Assembly: GCA_964247055.1 (NCBI GenBank)
Contig: OZ176058.1
Location: forward strand, 3,720,001-3,784,000
Direction: 5' to 3'
Length of the DNA: 64,000 nucleotides
DNA from: Paragordius varius
Lineage: Eukaryota > Animalia > Nematomorpha
Shown here one piece after another: positions 1 through 11,720 of the stretch (its first letter is position 1; each line of letters opens with the position of its first letter). Under the pieces are notes generated by a model, which was not told the DNA's origin, made no database searches, and saw only the letters and a list, made by a program, of their open reading frames with translations. A program made the position numbers and the translations under genes.

Positions 1-1059
1 CAAGAATTGGAGCATCAAGAGACACTCAACACCAAATCAGGAATCTCTCCAAAAACAAATAACAAAGAAGAAACGGCCGAATATTATTTCTTTGATGATA
101 ACCCAAACTTGAAAGAGTTAAATCGAAAAAAGGATATTACCAAAACGCAATCCAGTCTTAGTAAATCTAAAAAAGAAACGGGTGACCTTGACACTATCAC
201 AAATGTGAAAGAATCCGAAAACAAAGCTATTTCCATGGGTTGGGATAAAATAACATCTTTTACCGAATATCAAAAGCAGCGGGGAGACATACTTGGATTA
301 AATAGTTTTTCACCCAAATATTCTGCGGCAAATAAAACTAACCATGCAGAACCACTAAAAAGTCCCATGGAAGTTCCTAAATACTTTGAGGATACATATT
401 TGTTTGAGGGAAAAGAACCAGAATCCTATACACTTTCCACTATAAATCGTGTTAATAAAGATGACAAAAGTACAACAGACGCATTCACCGTTAATTCTAA
501 ACCACCTGTCATCAGCCATATTAATAAGAAAAAGCATGTAAGTCTTGTAGATGATATTGAAAATAAAATGATTGCTCAAAATCAAGTAATGACCGATGAC
601 CCCCCTAAATCTATTCCCGTCAATAATATAACTAATAATAATAAAAGAAGTAAAACACATAAAATTATACAGAGATCATTCACACATCATAATATGTTAA
701 AAAATGGGACGAAACCAGCTCCATCCTTGAAACTTTCCAGCACAGATAACCCCTATGATGCATCTTACACTGGTAATATATTGCCTCAAACATCTCTAAG
801 TAATGTCAGCATCACAGGAGAGAGCAGTAATATTTTTAATTTGCCGACTACTACAAATAATTTTCAAGCAATCATCACACCTATTAGCCAAAGTAATGTC
901 TCTCCTTCGGTGGAAAATACGGAATTTGCTTTACCCCGAAAACATAAAAACTCCGCCTGGATTCTTAAACGCCTTAGTGATGGTCAAATGAATAAAGTAG
1001 GTCCTTCCATGGTTGAAGAACAATTCAATCAGCATCACAAGAGTGAAATTTTACTTTAG
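1..1059 (+). CDS. 5'-partial long coding exon of an unknown S/T/N/K-rich, probably disordered protein
   Basis: Frame +1 is open from base 1 (CAA GAA TTG...) to TAG at 1057-1059. A stop-free run above 1 kb is unlikely by chance at this AT content, and GC is higher than the flank. No domain recognised. A possible donor (AAA|GTAGGT near 986) means the true exon end is uncertain. Confidence 0.65.
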   Translation, partial: QELEHQETLNTKSGISPKTNNKEETAEYYFFDDNPNLKELNRKKDITKTQSSLSKSKKETGDLDTITNVKESENKAISMGWDKITSFTEYQKQRGDILGLNSFSPKYSAANKTNHAEPLKSPMEVPKYFEDTYLFEGKEPESYTLSTINRVNKDDKSTTDAFTVNSKPPVISHINKKKHVSLVDDIENKMIAQNQVMTDDPPKSIPVNNITNNNKRSKTHKIIQRSFTHHNMLKNGTKPAPSLKLSSTDNPYDASYTGNILPQTSLSNVSITGESSNIFNLPTTTNNFQAIITPISQSNVSPSVENTEFALPRKHKNSAWILKRLSDGQMNKVGPSMVEEQFNQHHKSEILL

Positions 1060-1842
1060 GTTTTTGCCAAAGCGGACGTGAGATCTTTTTGTGTATAATT
1101 TTTTTTAAATTTTTAAAAAACGAATGTACATACTTTAGTCATTGACGTTTTCACAAATAATAATTCTAGTCGTTGCCATATTCTCCCCATGATTGCTCAT
1201 AGAATCTATAAATGTCAATTACAATCTATTACACCATTAATAATATAAAATTTTCATTTTCATTCTATTAATAAATGTGATAAATAATCCATAGTAAAAA
1301 GTAATATTAATATATATTAATGTACTATCAAAAATTCTTAAAACGAAGCGTGCACTATATATCACAGATATTTTAAGATAAATAATTTAAAAAGTTGTGA
1401 TATTTTTATAACATAAAATTTTTTTAAAATAAAAATTCAAGGCCAAAGGGCCTAATATATCAATTTAAGCTATTTAATTTGAAAGCAAGTTTCAAAAAAC
1501 AATATTTGTTTATTTTGGTGAATAAAATAAAAAGAGTATGGGCACAATTTCTCGCGTTTTATTTTCAGTCAATTGAAAATTATTAAACCCATACAATACG
1601 GAGGCAAGTCTTACAAAACTTGATTTTTTGCCGAATTTTAAGGGAATCAACCCGTTAGTTTTGTAAAATATGCATTTATTTTTCCAAATAGCAGTAGATT
1701 TTGACAAAACAGATAATTAATTTAAAATACGGATCTCCAATAAGATGTAGCCTGTACATAAATCTTGATTATCTGCAAGTTATATACTTATTCTCAAATA
1801 CAAATAAAATTAATAAAATTTTAAAAAGGATTTATTTATAAA

Positions 1843-1875
1843 CGGGTATCCAACACAAATGGTTTCCCGGAGAGC
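1843..1875 (+). mobile_element. Solo degenerate hAT left-end fragment
   Basis: cgggtatccaacacaaatggttt closely matches the left end of the hAT at 25045 (ggggtgtccaacacaaatggctt). No matching right end was seen. Confidence 0.5.
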
Positions 1876-2079
1876 ATTGCGAAATATATAGGTATAACCA
1901 AATATTTTATTAGATTTTAAACATAAGCCCGCAAAAAAACTAAATATTTTAACATTTCCCTAAAAGTCTTTTCAGAACATTTGTTTAGGATAATATATTT
2001 TACTTAGATATCGTATTGTTTTGATATTTTAATTTAAGGCAGAATATTTTGAAAACAAATAATGGCAATCTCAATTTTA

Positions 2080-2354
2080 CAGCAAAAACTAAATTTTACG
2101 GACAAAACGTAAAAATATAAAGACAAATATTTTTTTCTAAAAGACAACCATACTTTTTAATCTTGATTTATTTTAATATACTCATTGTTTTAAATGACAA
2201 AGTCTGGAATTGAGATATATATTACTAACACAATCAATTCCTTATTTTAACAATTGTAATTAAATAACTTATATGAGAAAAATTAAGGTTTTATGTTTGT
2301 CATTTAGATGTCTTTTATTTTTACGTTTTGTCCGTATAATTTTAATTTTTGCTG
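2080..2354. mobile_element. Tc1/mariner-like MITE (~275 bp)
   Basis: TA|CAGCAAAAA...TTTTTGCTG|TA ends, with imperfect TIRs containing tacggacaaaacgtaaaa. Related copies or ends lie at 14520-14791, ~24280-24534, 38119-38390, ~12900-13010 and ~35520-35620. Confidence 0.7.
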
Positions 2355-2926
2355 TAAATTATGCTTCAACTTTAGTCATGCAAAACTACATATCAAACTG
2401 CTTCGACGCCTTTTTATTTATATATTTTGCACAATATCTTGTAAATTTCCAACTCTAAAATCAATTTTACAAAATCAGAATTAACATTATACGGAAATTG
2501 GGTGTGCGATTTTTTAGTATATATTAAAATGTATAAAAAAAATTTTATTGAAAAGAAGCATACTTAATTTAATTATTTTTTAGCAAAATTTTAATGTACC
2601 GTATATGATATTTGACACGGAAAATTGCAATAAAATATATCAAATAAACTATTATATAATTCAATGGTAATAGTTTATTGTTATCATTTAGTATAAGTAT
2701 TTTTTTCTAAAAATTAATCACAAACAGACCCTTCATTTAAAATTTTGAGTTAACAAAAATGACCAGATTAAAAATTTTATCTGGAATATCTTAGACTTTT
2801 GATATGCGGTTTTCAACTCTAAAATACTATAAATTGAGGTTCACCATAATTTTGCTAAATAAATATAACAAAGTATGCATTTTTAAAAATAATTTTTGCA
2901 ATAATCTCGCTCCACATATTAAATTA

Positions 2927-3949
2927 CACTAGACAACAAATTTTAACTTTTTTTAACTGCCATTCTTGTAAATTGAAAATTTATTTCATTAAAGTACATA
3001 ATTAGTATATCTGAAAAGAAAATTGGTTTAGCATGGAAGAATTTTTTTATATTAGAGTTTATCGATAATTTTTGTCCCTGATTTAACATTAAACTCGAAA
3101 TTTCGAAAATTATAAGTTTTAGATATGAAGACATGTATTTTATATCATTCGAAAGAGCGCAAATAATTGCATTCAAATGGTAGTAAGTCATTTAAATCAA
3201 TCGGATGTAAAGGTTATTTGGATTTAAATGGTCGAAATTTTCAATCCTTAAATAAGTCAAGAATTTTCACAGACAAACTAATTTAAAAATCATATAAATT
3301 ATTTTAATATAATTATTACGGTTATATTAGTATTTAATTTTTAAAAAAAATTTGAAAAAGCTTTTGGTTTGCTTTTTTAATAAAAATTATTATTATCATA
3401 AATATTTTACCTAGTGGATACTAAAATGCATAGTTATAACTGTAAATTTATTACATAATGGCTATAAAAGATCAAAAATACCTTAAACTTTGTTTTTATC
3501 TTTAAAATTTCGAAATTATCAGCCTTGTAAAGAAAATAAATTAATATTGATGATGGTAATTTTTAAAAAAACAAAAAACTTAAAAATGGCTGTTTTGAGT
3601 GACATATAAGCAATAAAATGTTTGAATCAAACAAACTTTCTTGTGTTATCTTTTTTGGACCTTCATCACCCTCTTTGTGTCCCATATTAACTGTCGATGT
3701 AATACATATTAGTATGCATTTTATAGAGTTTTTATTACTCTTTCGAATGATATATTACAAATGGGCATTACTTGTATATTTTCAAAGAAAAACATTTTTT
3801 AGTAAAATTTTTATAAAGAGGGCGCATAATCAAAAAATCAAATTATAAAAGTTCTTCCATCGAGTTATAATTTTTATTTCAGATTTACTCTTATAATGAT
3901 ACTAAATATCAGAAAATACTCGAGTGGCATAAAAATTTGTTGTCCAGTG
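2927..3949. mobile_element. Non-autonomous CACTA/CMC-type (Chapaev3-like) MITE, copy 1
   Basis: TIRs CACTAGACAACAAATTT and AAATTTGTTGTCCAGTG. TTA duplicated at 2924-2926 and 3950-3952. The body is the reverse complement of 5357-6465. Confidence 0.85.
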
Positions 3950-5356
3950 TTATTTTCATAAATAACGATTGCCTTTATTTTAACACAGTTCAATGAGTCT
4001 ATATGAAAAAGAAAATTTTATAAAATTATTGTTTTCATTTTTAAATATAGTATCTGATATATTAATGATGTTTCTTGGAGTGAGGCCTTTACACCAAAAA
4101 AATTTATTTATCATGATGTTCTTTTTGCGATTTTTAGATATGTTACAATTAGCACATAGGTGCATCTAAAGCCCAAACTTAAAAGACCATTATCCCAATT
4201 TTCAAGTGTTAACTTTTAATTTTAAAAAATCATTAAATTATAAACGATATTTCAAAAACATTTATGTTTAAATTATATTTTAGATGTTGGCTCCGTATGT
4301 CGCAAATTTTGATCCCCTAAAAATGAGCTTGTTTTCTATACGCTTCATATTCAAATTATTTTTCTGTGCTCAGTCACATTTTGGGGTGGTTTTATGCCCA
4401 GAGCTAAAATTAAAAAAAACTTTTGTTTGGAAATTATGGGTAAAATTAATTATTAGTATTATTTAATTCTGGAGTCCATGGGTAGCTCCAAAACAAACAG
4501 CTATATTATAATCTATATTTATCAAGTTGCTGGTAAGATGAAAGCCTTTTAAACTTCAATTATTTTTGTTACTTGCCTGTTATAATAGCGATTTAATAAA
4601 ATAACAAAATAAATGGTGTAGAAAGAGTTTGTGATGAGAATTTTAAATGTTTTAAGTTTTTTCAAAAAAAATTTTTATCCTGCCTAAAAATTCAAAATAA
4701 GCATGTTTTTAACTTGGGCTCAATAATACTTTTTAATATTTATATTTTTAATCGCTATGGGCATAATATTGCCTCAAAAGGTCATGTAGTATTATAAACA
4801 CGGAAATGCTGTGATAATGCGAACAGTTTTGAAATATGCTAGATTTTTCGTATAACCTAAAACCAAAAGCAATATGAAAATCAGGATATATCTATCAAAC
4901 AAAGATATTTTAATACCCCCAGATTTTGTACACAGACTATATTAATGATTGTGATTGTTTTAGCAAAATTAAGAATTATTAGGTTACTTTTTTGGCAAAC
5001 GGCCTCTAAGTCTTTAATACAGGCAGTGGCGTAGCCAGGGGGTGGAAAGGGGGGCTAATGTCCCGGGCGCCTTTGAGGAGGCGCCGGGTTTACTAATATA
5101 ATTTTATTTCAAAAAATAGATAATATTTAAAAGTTATTATTTTATATAATACATAAATCATCCATTTGTTAGTCGACATGATTTTAAATCTTGATCAAAT
5201 TTCTCCTTTATTATCAATATTTAAATCTACCAACTTCCTTATACATTATATCTCTTCACTTTATCTTCAGGCGGTTAACCTCAGCCCTTCATAATATTGT
5301 ACACCTTAAAATATTTGTTTTAAATCGCTTAAGTGTCAGATATAAGGATAAGATTA

Positions 5357-6465
5357 CACTAGACAACAAATTTTTCTGCCACTCGAGTTTTTTGCATTTT
5401 TTGATATTTAATATCATTTTAACAGTAAATCTGAAATAAAAATTATAACTCGTTGGAAGAATTTTGTATAATTTGATTTTTTAGATTATGCGCCCTCTTT
5501 ATCAAAATTTAACTAAAAAATTTTTTCTTTGAAAATATACAAGTAATGCCCATTTGTAATATATCATTCGAAAGAGTATTAAAAACTCTATAAAATGTAT
5601 ACTAATATGTATTACATCGACAGTTAATATTGGACACAAAGAGCGACAAACGCGCGAAGCGAGAGCATTTTTTTTAATTATTATATTTTTAAAACTAATG
5701 GATGAAAGTAGCTCAAACTTTGATGGAGATGAATGTTCAAAAAAGATAACACAAGAAAGTTTTTTTTGATTAAAACATTTTTTATTGCTTTTATGTCACT
5801 CAAAACAGCCATTTTTTATTTGTTTTTTAAAAATTACCATCTCATCAATATTAATTTATTTTCTTTACAAGGGTGATAATTTTGAAAATTTAAAAATAAA
5901 AACAAAGTTTAAGGTATTTTTGATCTTTTATAGCCATTATGTAATAAATTCACAGTTATAACTATGCATTTTAGTATTCACTAGGTAAAATATTTATGAT
6001 AATAATAATTTTAATTAAAAAAGAAAACCAAAAGCATTTTCAAACATTTTTTTACAATTAAATATTAATATAACCCTAATAATTATATTAAAATAATTTA
6101 TATGATTTTCAAATTAGTTTGTCTGTGAAAATTCTTGACTTATTTAAGGATTGAAAATTTCGACCATTAAAATCCAAATAACTTTTACATCCGATGGATT
6201 TAAATGACTTACTACCATTTAAAAGATGCAGTTTTTTGCGCTCTTTCGAATGATATAAAATACATGGCTTCATATCTAAAACTTTAAATTTTTGAAATTT
6301 CGAGTTTAATGTTAAATCGGGGCCAAAAATTATCGATAAACTCTAATATAAAAAAATTCTTCCATGTAAGACCAATTTTCTTTTCAGATATACTAATCAT
6401 GTACTTTAATGAAATAAATTTTAAATTTGCAGCAGTTAAAAAAAGTTAAAATTTGTTGTCTAGTG
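5357..6465. mobile_element. Non-autonomous CACTA/CMC-type (Chapaev3-like) MITE, copy 2, inverted relative to copy 1
   Basis: CACTAGACAACAAATTT...AAATTTGTTGTCTAGTG, with TTA at 5354-5356 and 6466-6468. About 90 bp longer than copy 1 (extra segment near 5640-5735). Confidence 0.85.
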
Positions 6466-6549
6466 TTATTATTAATTTTATGTTAACTTCTTTTTAAAAT
6501 ATATATATTGCTTTCTTAATGCCACCCATTAGTTAGAATTAATTTATAT

Positions 6550-7655
6550 TACACGGTGCGCAGCTAAAAATAAATGTTAATGTATCAAATATCTATTAAT
6601 AGCTAAAAGTTTAGCTATTATGAATATTGAAATCATATATGCGGTTAAAATAGAAAAAAAAATATTTTAGTTTTTTTCTTATTATCCAAAATCAAAAAAT
6701 CGCAATTTTTACCGCACATTGGGTCAAATAAAATTTATTACAATAGATGAAAACAACTATTATATATAGCATAATAATAATTAACGCAAAATATTATTTA
6801 TAAAAATTTGACATTTATTCGGAGGTATATAAATTAAAAAATCCACTTTGGAATCAAATTTGAATCAGGAAAAGTTGTTAATATTGTTAATATGCAGCAA
6901 AAGATTTTAATTCCCATTATAATAATCCTATATTAACTCTGTTTATAGTTTATCTAATTTATCGTCTAAAAAATTTACAGCTTGTATAAAAAAATTTTTT
7001 TTTTCGATAATTTGCACCAAAGCCGAAACTGCGTATAATTATTCCAAAGCTTATAGATCTTCACCCCATATTTTTGATTTGGGAAATTTCATTTCCTAAA
7101 GCTGGTATAAGCCAAGATAGCGCCAAAAATATAATTCAAAATTTTCGGATTAAATAAATTCTTTAATTTAAAAATCTGAGATGATATTAGATGCAAATTA
7201 TCGAAAAAAAAATTTTATTTAAGGTTAAATTTTTTTAAGTCGGATATATTAGGTCAACTCTATATATAAAGTTAATATAAGATTGTTTAAATAAAAATTA
7301 AAATCTTATACCGCATATTAACAAGTTTTTATATGATTCAAATTTGACGTCAAAGTGTGATTTTTTAACTTATATACTTGATAATCTTTTTAGGACCCTC
7401 CAAAAAATGTCAAATCTTTATAGATAATATTTTGCGTTTAGAATTATCCTTATGCCCTTTTAAACAAATAAAATTTTATTGACACGTTTTCATCTCATTA
7501 TTTTATTTGACCTAATATGGATAAATATGCTATTTTTTGATTATTATATCTTTTTTCTTGTATTTTAATCGCATATTTTATTTTGATATTCATTAACCAG
7601 ATTTTAGCTCTCAAATGATATATGGCTCCTTAACCTATATTTTTCAATCGCCATT
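6550..7655. mobile_element. Foldback-type element / long degenerate palindrome
   Basis: ~6590-7020 is an imperfect reverse complement of ~7190-7620 (e.g. 6781 ttaacgcaaaatattatt vs ~7425 ataatattttgcgttta; 6721 gggtcaaataaaat vs ~7500 attttatttgacct). The spacer is about 150 bp. Ends are approximate and no TSD was found. Confidence 0.65.
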
Positions 7656-8811
7656 TTTGCCGCATGTTAAATCAAAATCCAAAATAAAAGTTGTTTATTT
7701 TTATTTCCAAATTTAGGACATGGTATACCATCTATATACATTAAGCCGAGCTTTTTTCTTTTTTTCCTTATAACCATTTTTTGTTGCTCAATTGCAACTT
7801 TATTTTTTTCTACTTGGATTTAATATATTTCTTTTTTCATTATTTTAGTATCCATTAAAGTGATATCAAATTTTGATTATATATTTTTTATGATATACTT
7901 ATTTATAAATTTTAATATGCAAAATGAACCATTCAGAGACTATCAAATATATGTTATGAATCAATATTGCTAAGTGAAATTTAGTTACGTTTAAACCGAT
8001 TAAATTATATTGTTTGTTTTCATGGCCATTATAATTTGTTTATCTGCTGTTTTAAAATAAGATTTTTGGTCAAAATATAGTGGGACTAAAAGTTCTTCAT
8101 TAAAATATCCAAAATCAGAAACCGACTTAAAACCGACCCCTAAAACGGTTTCGTTGTAAATTTCTGGTTTTTTATACTTAAGCTTTCATATTTCAAGGTT
8201 TTATTCCCCAATTAATCGTTTGCTCTGTAATATAATCTTGAAGGGTAGGATAGGATAATAGTTCAAATAAGCAATAATTTTAATTATATTAATATATTAT
8301 TATTATCAGGATTAAATTATTATTATCAGGATTGCCTAAACTTAGCGGTTTTAAAATAAAAAACGAAAATTGAAATAAAATTATAACGCACAGAAATAAA
8401 AAGGTTGAATTAAATTGGCATTGCTAATAACATGAGACCAATTCCACTTTATCAACAACGGCGGCTTAATATTTTCAGATAATTATAATCCGATACAACA
8501 ACACCTTCAGATACTAATAATTTACCAACACCTTTGCTTAACAAAGGCGCCTCGATATTTTTCGACAATATTTATACAATAAAGGACCTTAATAATAATA
8601 ATAATAATACGATAAAGATATAAATGTGAATTATACATATAATATAATATATAAGTCTAGGGATGCGGTTTTCATGAAAATTTATATTTAATTTTTGTGA
8701 CATTTTTTATGTTATTAATACCTAAAATTGCCACTCTTTTTTGGACACAAGCCATTTTACAAATTTTTTAGTCGGGTCACGCATTCGAATGGTTTATATA
8801 TTGCTTTTATA

Positions 8812-9013
8812 AATAAATATACAGTTTAAAGTCTCTTTTTTCCTTTTTTTATTAAAGGGTAAGGACTTAAATTGTATCCGGACATGTGAAGGCTTTAACA
8901 CTCGCCTGCCCAGGGCTGACAGTGATGATGGAAAAAATGCGTAGTTCCGGGGTTCGAACTCAGGCACGCAGTGTGAGAGTCCAGCGCCCTACCTACTATA
9001 CCATCACGCCTCA
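8812..9013 (-). mobile_element. tRNA-derived SINE (~200 bp) with a tRNA-Glu(CTC)-like head
   Basis: The minus strand reads GAGGCGTGATGGTATAGTAGGTAGGGCGCTGGACTCTCACACTGCGTGCCTGAGTTCGAACCCCGG, with A-box-like and B-box (GTTCGAA) motifs and loop CTCTCAC. It has an A-rich tail. A 16-bp direct repeat atatattgcttttata flanks it at 8796-8811 and 9014-9029. Acceptor and anticodon stems do not pair, so it is not a functional tRNA. Confidence 0.7.
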
Positions 9014-9997
9014 ATATATTGCTTTTATACATAATCTATATTTGATTAGGTCGAATTTTTCGCGCAGTAACCAATACTATATTTTAATTACTGATACATT
9101 CAAGCCATCGTTTTCTTTTCAAAGGAAGGGGTTGAATGTGCATGTTTTTTTTTCACGCGTTTTTATTTATGACGGGCAACATTTCGTTCCGCTCACGGTT
9201 AAAATTAGTTATTTTGTTAAATGCAAAGGGTTGAGTGGAGGGGCAGGGGGGTGCCTTCATGAAGTGATCCACCCGGGGCCATAAATGCAAGCTACGTCTC
9301 TGAATACAGATTTAAATATTTTTAGTCTTTATATTTATTATCTCTTTATTCTAAACATATTTAAATTCAATTTTTTCGTGATCGGGCAGTGGGATGGGTG
9401 AATTATCTCGGAATTTGGGAATAACCTCATTTATTCTAAAGTTATCACATAAACCTTTATATTGTGTCTGTAAACTAAAGTATGTTTTTTGCTAGTAGTA
9501 TAGAGTAAATGATAATTTATCAAATAGTAAAAAATGGAAAAATCACAACACAGCTGATTCTATGTTTTGGGTGTGGGCAAGATAATATATTTACTAAATA
9601 TTTTTTAAAGTTATACCTACACATTATTATTCATTCCTTCATTCATGTCATTTGATAACTATCCTCCGATTGTTGATTCGATGCTAGTGATGTTGATGCC
9701 TACCATTTAAAAAGTGCAATATTAATCATAATACTCATTATATTACTTATTTTGATTTGTGTTCAAAATTGATAAGTAAAAACGGAAAAAGGGTAAATTT
9801 TCATATATCACATACTATTACAAAAAGTTAATAAATGTTCTGAGGCTCTGCTTGATAATGCATTTTTTGACTGGTTGGCGGTTTTGTTTCTAGAGTATTT
9901 TTTGAAGCAGTTGGAAAACAATGCTTGTAAACTATTTTTTTCTTTGGTGATTATTATAAACCTTTTTGATTTTCGTTTCGTCACAAAGATTGGATAT

Positions 9998-10012
9998 GGG
10001 GGGGGGGGGGGG
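9998..10012 (+). repeat. G15 homopolymer
   Basis: 15 consecutive G. The paralog near 32746 has only a short G run. Confidence 0.9.
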
Positions 10013-10129
10013 ACTACAGTCGTTATATAATGCTATAATGGGACTAGAAACGGTCGGAGAAGACATCGCTAAAACCTTCGTTTGCATTTAAAGCAGTAAG
10101 GAGATTATTCCAATGAGTTAAGGACGGGG

Positions 10130-11720
10130 TTCAGCTTGATTGGTGTTGGATTTCCTCTAGTCTTTGAGAGAACACTAAAACTGTTATTGATTAAACGTTT
10201 TTTAGTATCTTCAAGTGAGGAAACCCTTTTCCAATCGGTGGCTGGCGGTTATCTCCGATCGAATTAGGGTTATTTTCTGAATAAGATTGTGGATTGGCGG
10301 TTGGGGATATGGGTGATGAAAGCTGTTCCAAGGGGTTTACAACTACTAACATACACGATAAAAATTAAAAATATGTGAAATGACATAACCTAAAAACTAA
10401 AAAAGAAATTTTTAATAAAACCTTTTATGTCGTTAACTTACCAAAACTAACAGTATGTTTTCAATAGAAAATAATGTTTTTAAATAAAACAATATACAAA
10501 AAACAAATAAAATTTAAATCTGGTTAATTATAATCATCAAAGCATTCGTTGAGTATTTGACTTCCTTATCAGCTACACAAGTAACAGTTATACAAATGTC
10601 AAAAACTTATAAATTAGTATGATTTAATTAATTAATTAATTCTAGTTATATCAATTATTGATCTAATGTCAACAAAATTGATTTTTCAATGGTAATATTT
10701 TTTGAAAAACAAATTATTACCAATATTATTTCAATCCTTCATTCATGACTATTTGAGTGCAAGAAAAACATATATCAGCATCGAATTTAATTACTTAAGC
10801 GACTTTATCAAAGGAGGATCTTTGGAAACGGAAAAAGAAAGATAATGTATATCTGTTTAAACCTGAGAAAACCGATAAGCATTTTAGGAACAGATTTCTA
10901 ACTATCAAAGTTAGGATTAAACAGTTACATGAAGACTCGGAATAAGGATTAATTTCGCACTTAGGATTTTAAATGGTATCTTATTTTCTTCCGATGTATG
11001 AATTGAAGTTGATAATTTTATAATTCATCCGTGTAATAAGAGTAACCGTCCGATTCTTTAGGTATTAGAAATTTTCCAAAACATACAAATGGAGTTTCAC
11101 TTTTAAAAGCTTCATGCCCATGTAATGATAAATATTCGTTAAAATTTGTCTTTCCAAAATATATTACCAGTAAAAAAATAAATGTTTGACATTACATCTT
11201 TAATCGATACAACAAGAATCAATTTATTTATTTATTCTGATTGTAATTATAAATTTTTTGTCTGCAACTGTTACTTATTTAAATCTAAAAATGAAGTCAA
11301 ATACTCCACAAATCCTTTTAATGATAAGTTTAAAGAACTAGTTTAGGATTTATTAGTTTATATTATATATAATATTAAAAATTATTAATGATCAAAAAAA
11401 TTACATTTATTTTTGTTAAATTGAGAAAAAAAGGTCTAATTAGAAATAATATTCCTTTTTTAGTTTTTAAGTTATGTCTCTTGACATATTTTAATTTTTA
11501 CTATATATTTGTTAGGAGTTGTGTGAACCACCTCGTGCAACCTTAATTATCCATATCCACTGCCAATTCACAACTTTATTTTTTGAAGATAGCCCCGATT
11601 CAATCAAAGATAACCACCAGTCTTCGATTGAAAAAAGGGTTATCTCAATCGAAAAAACTAAAAAGTTTAATCAACAAAAGTTTTACAAATGTTCTCTCAA
11701 GGACGAGAGGAAAGGTGGCC
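10130..11720. repeat. Old inverted duplication (arms ~10130-10750 and ~11110-11720) of exon-like sequence
   Basis: The arms are degenerate reverse complements of each other (e.g. gagtatttgacttc at ~10541 vs gaagtcaaatactc at ~11293). The same structure recurs at ~32930-34560. Confidence 0.8.

Larger units (their letters stand above)
5024..9302. mobile_element. hAT-type non-autonomous element (~4.3 kb) carrying nested insertions
   Basis: Imperfect TIRs CAGTGGCGTAGC and GCTACGTCTCTG with GC-rich subterminal sequence. The 8-bp TSD is AATACAGG/AATACAGA (7/8 match). Paralogous empty sites (tatacaga) are at 32053-32060 and 47452-47459, where both flanks are contiguous. Confidence 0.8.

Noticed and set aside
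355-991. ORFs 355-660 (-) and 803-991 (+)
   Set aside because: Shadow ORFs overlapping the long frame +1 exon, with no independent support.
1510-5439. Short ORFs of 60-82 aa in 1.5-5.4 kb
   Set aside because: They are F/I/L/K/N-rich chance ORFs, and several lie inside MITEs.
8940-9012. Functional tRNA-Glu gene
   Set aside because: Acceptor and anticodon stems do not pair. The body, tail and TSD fit a SINE better.
8886-9284. 132-aa ORF
   Set aside because: It spans the antisense SINE, AT-rich filler and the GC-rich hAT end, so it is a composite artefact.
10800-10960. Plus-strand frame LSKEDLWKRKKKDNVYLFKPEKTDKHFRNRF in the spacer of the inverted repeat
   Set aside because: The frame is not preserved in the paralog at ~33560-33700, and there is no start or recognisable domain.
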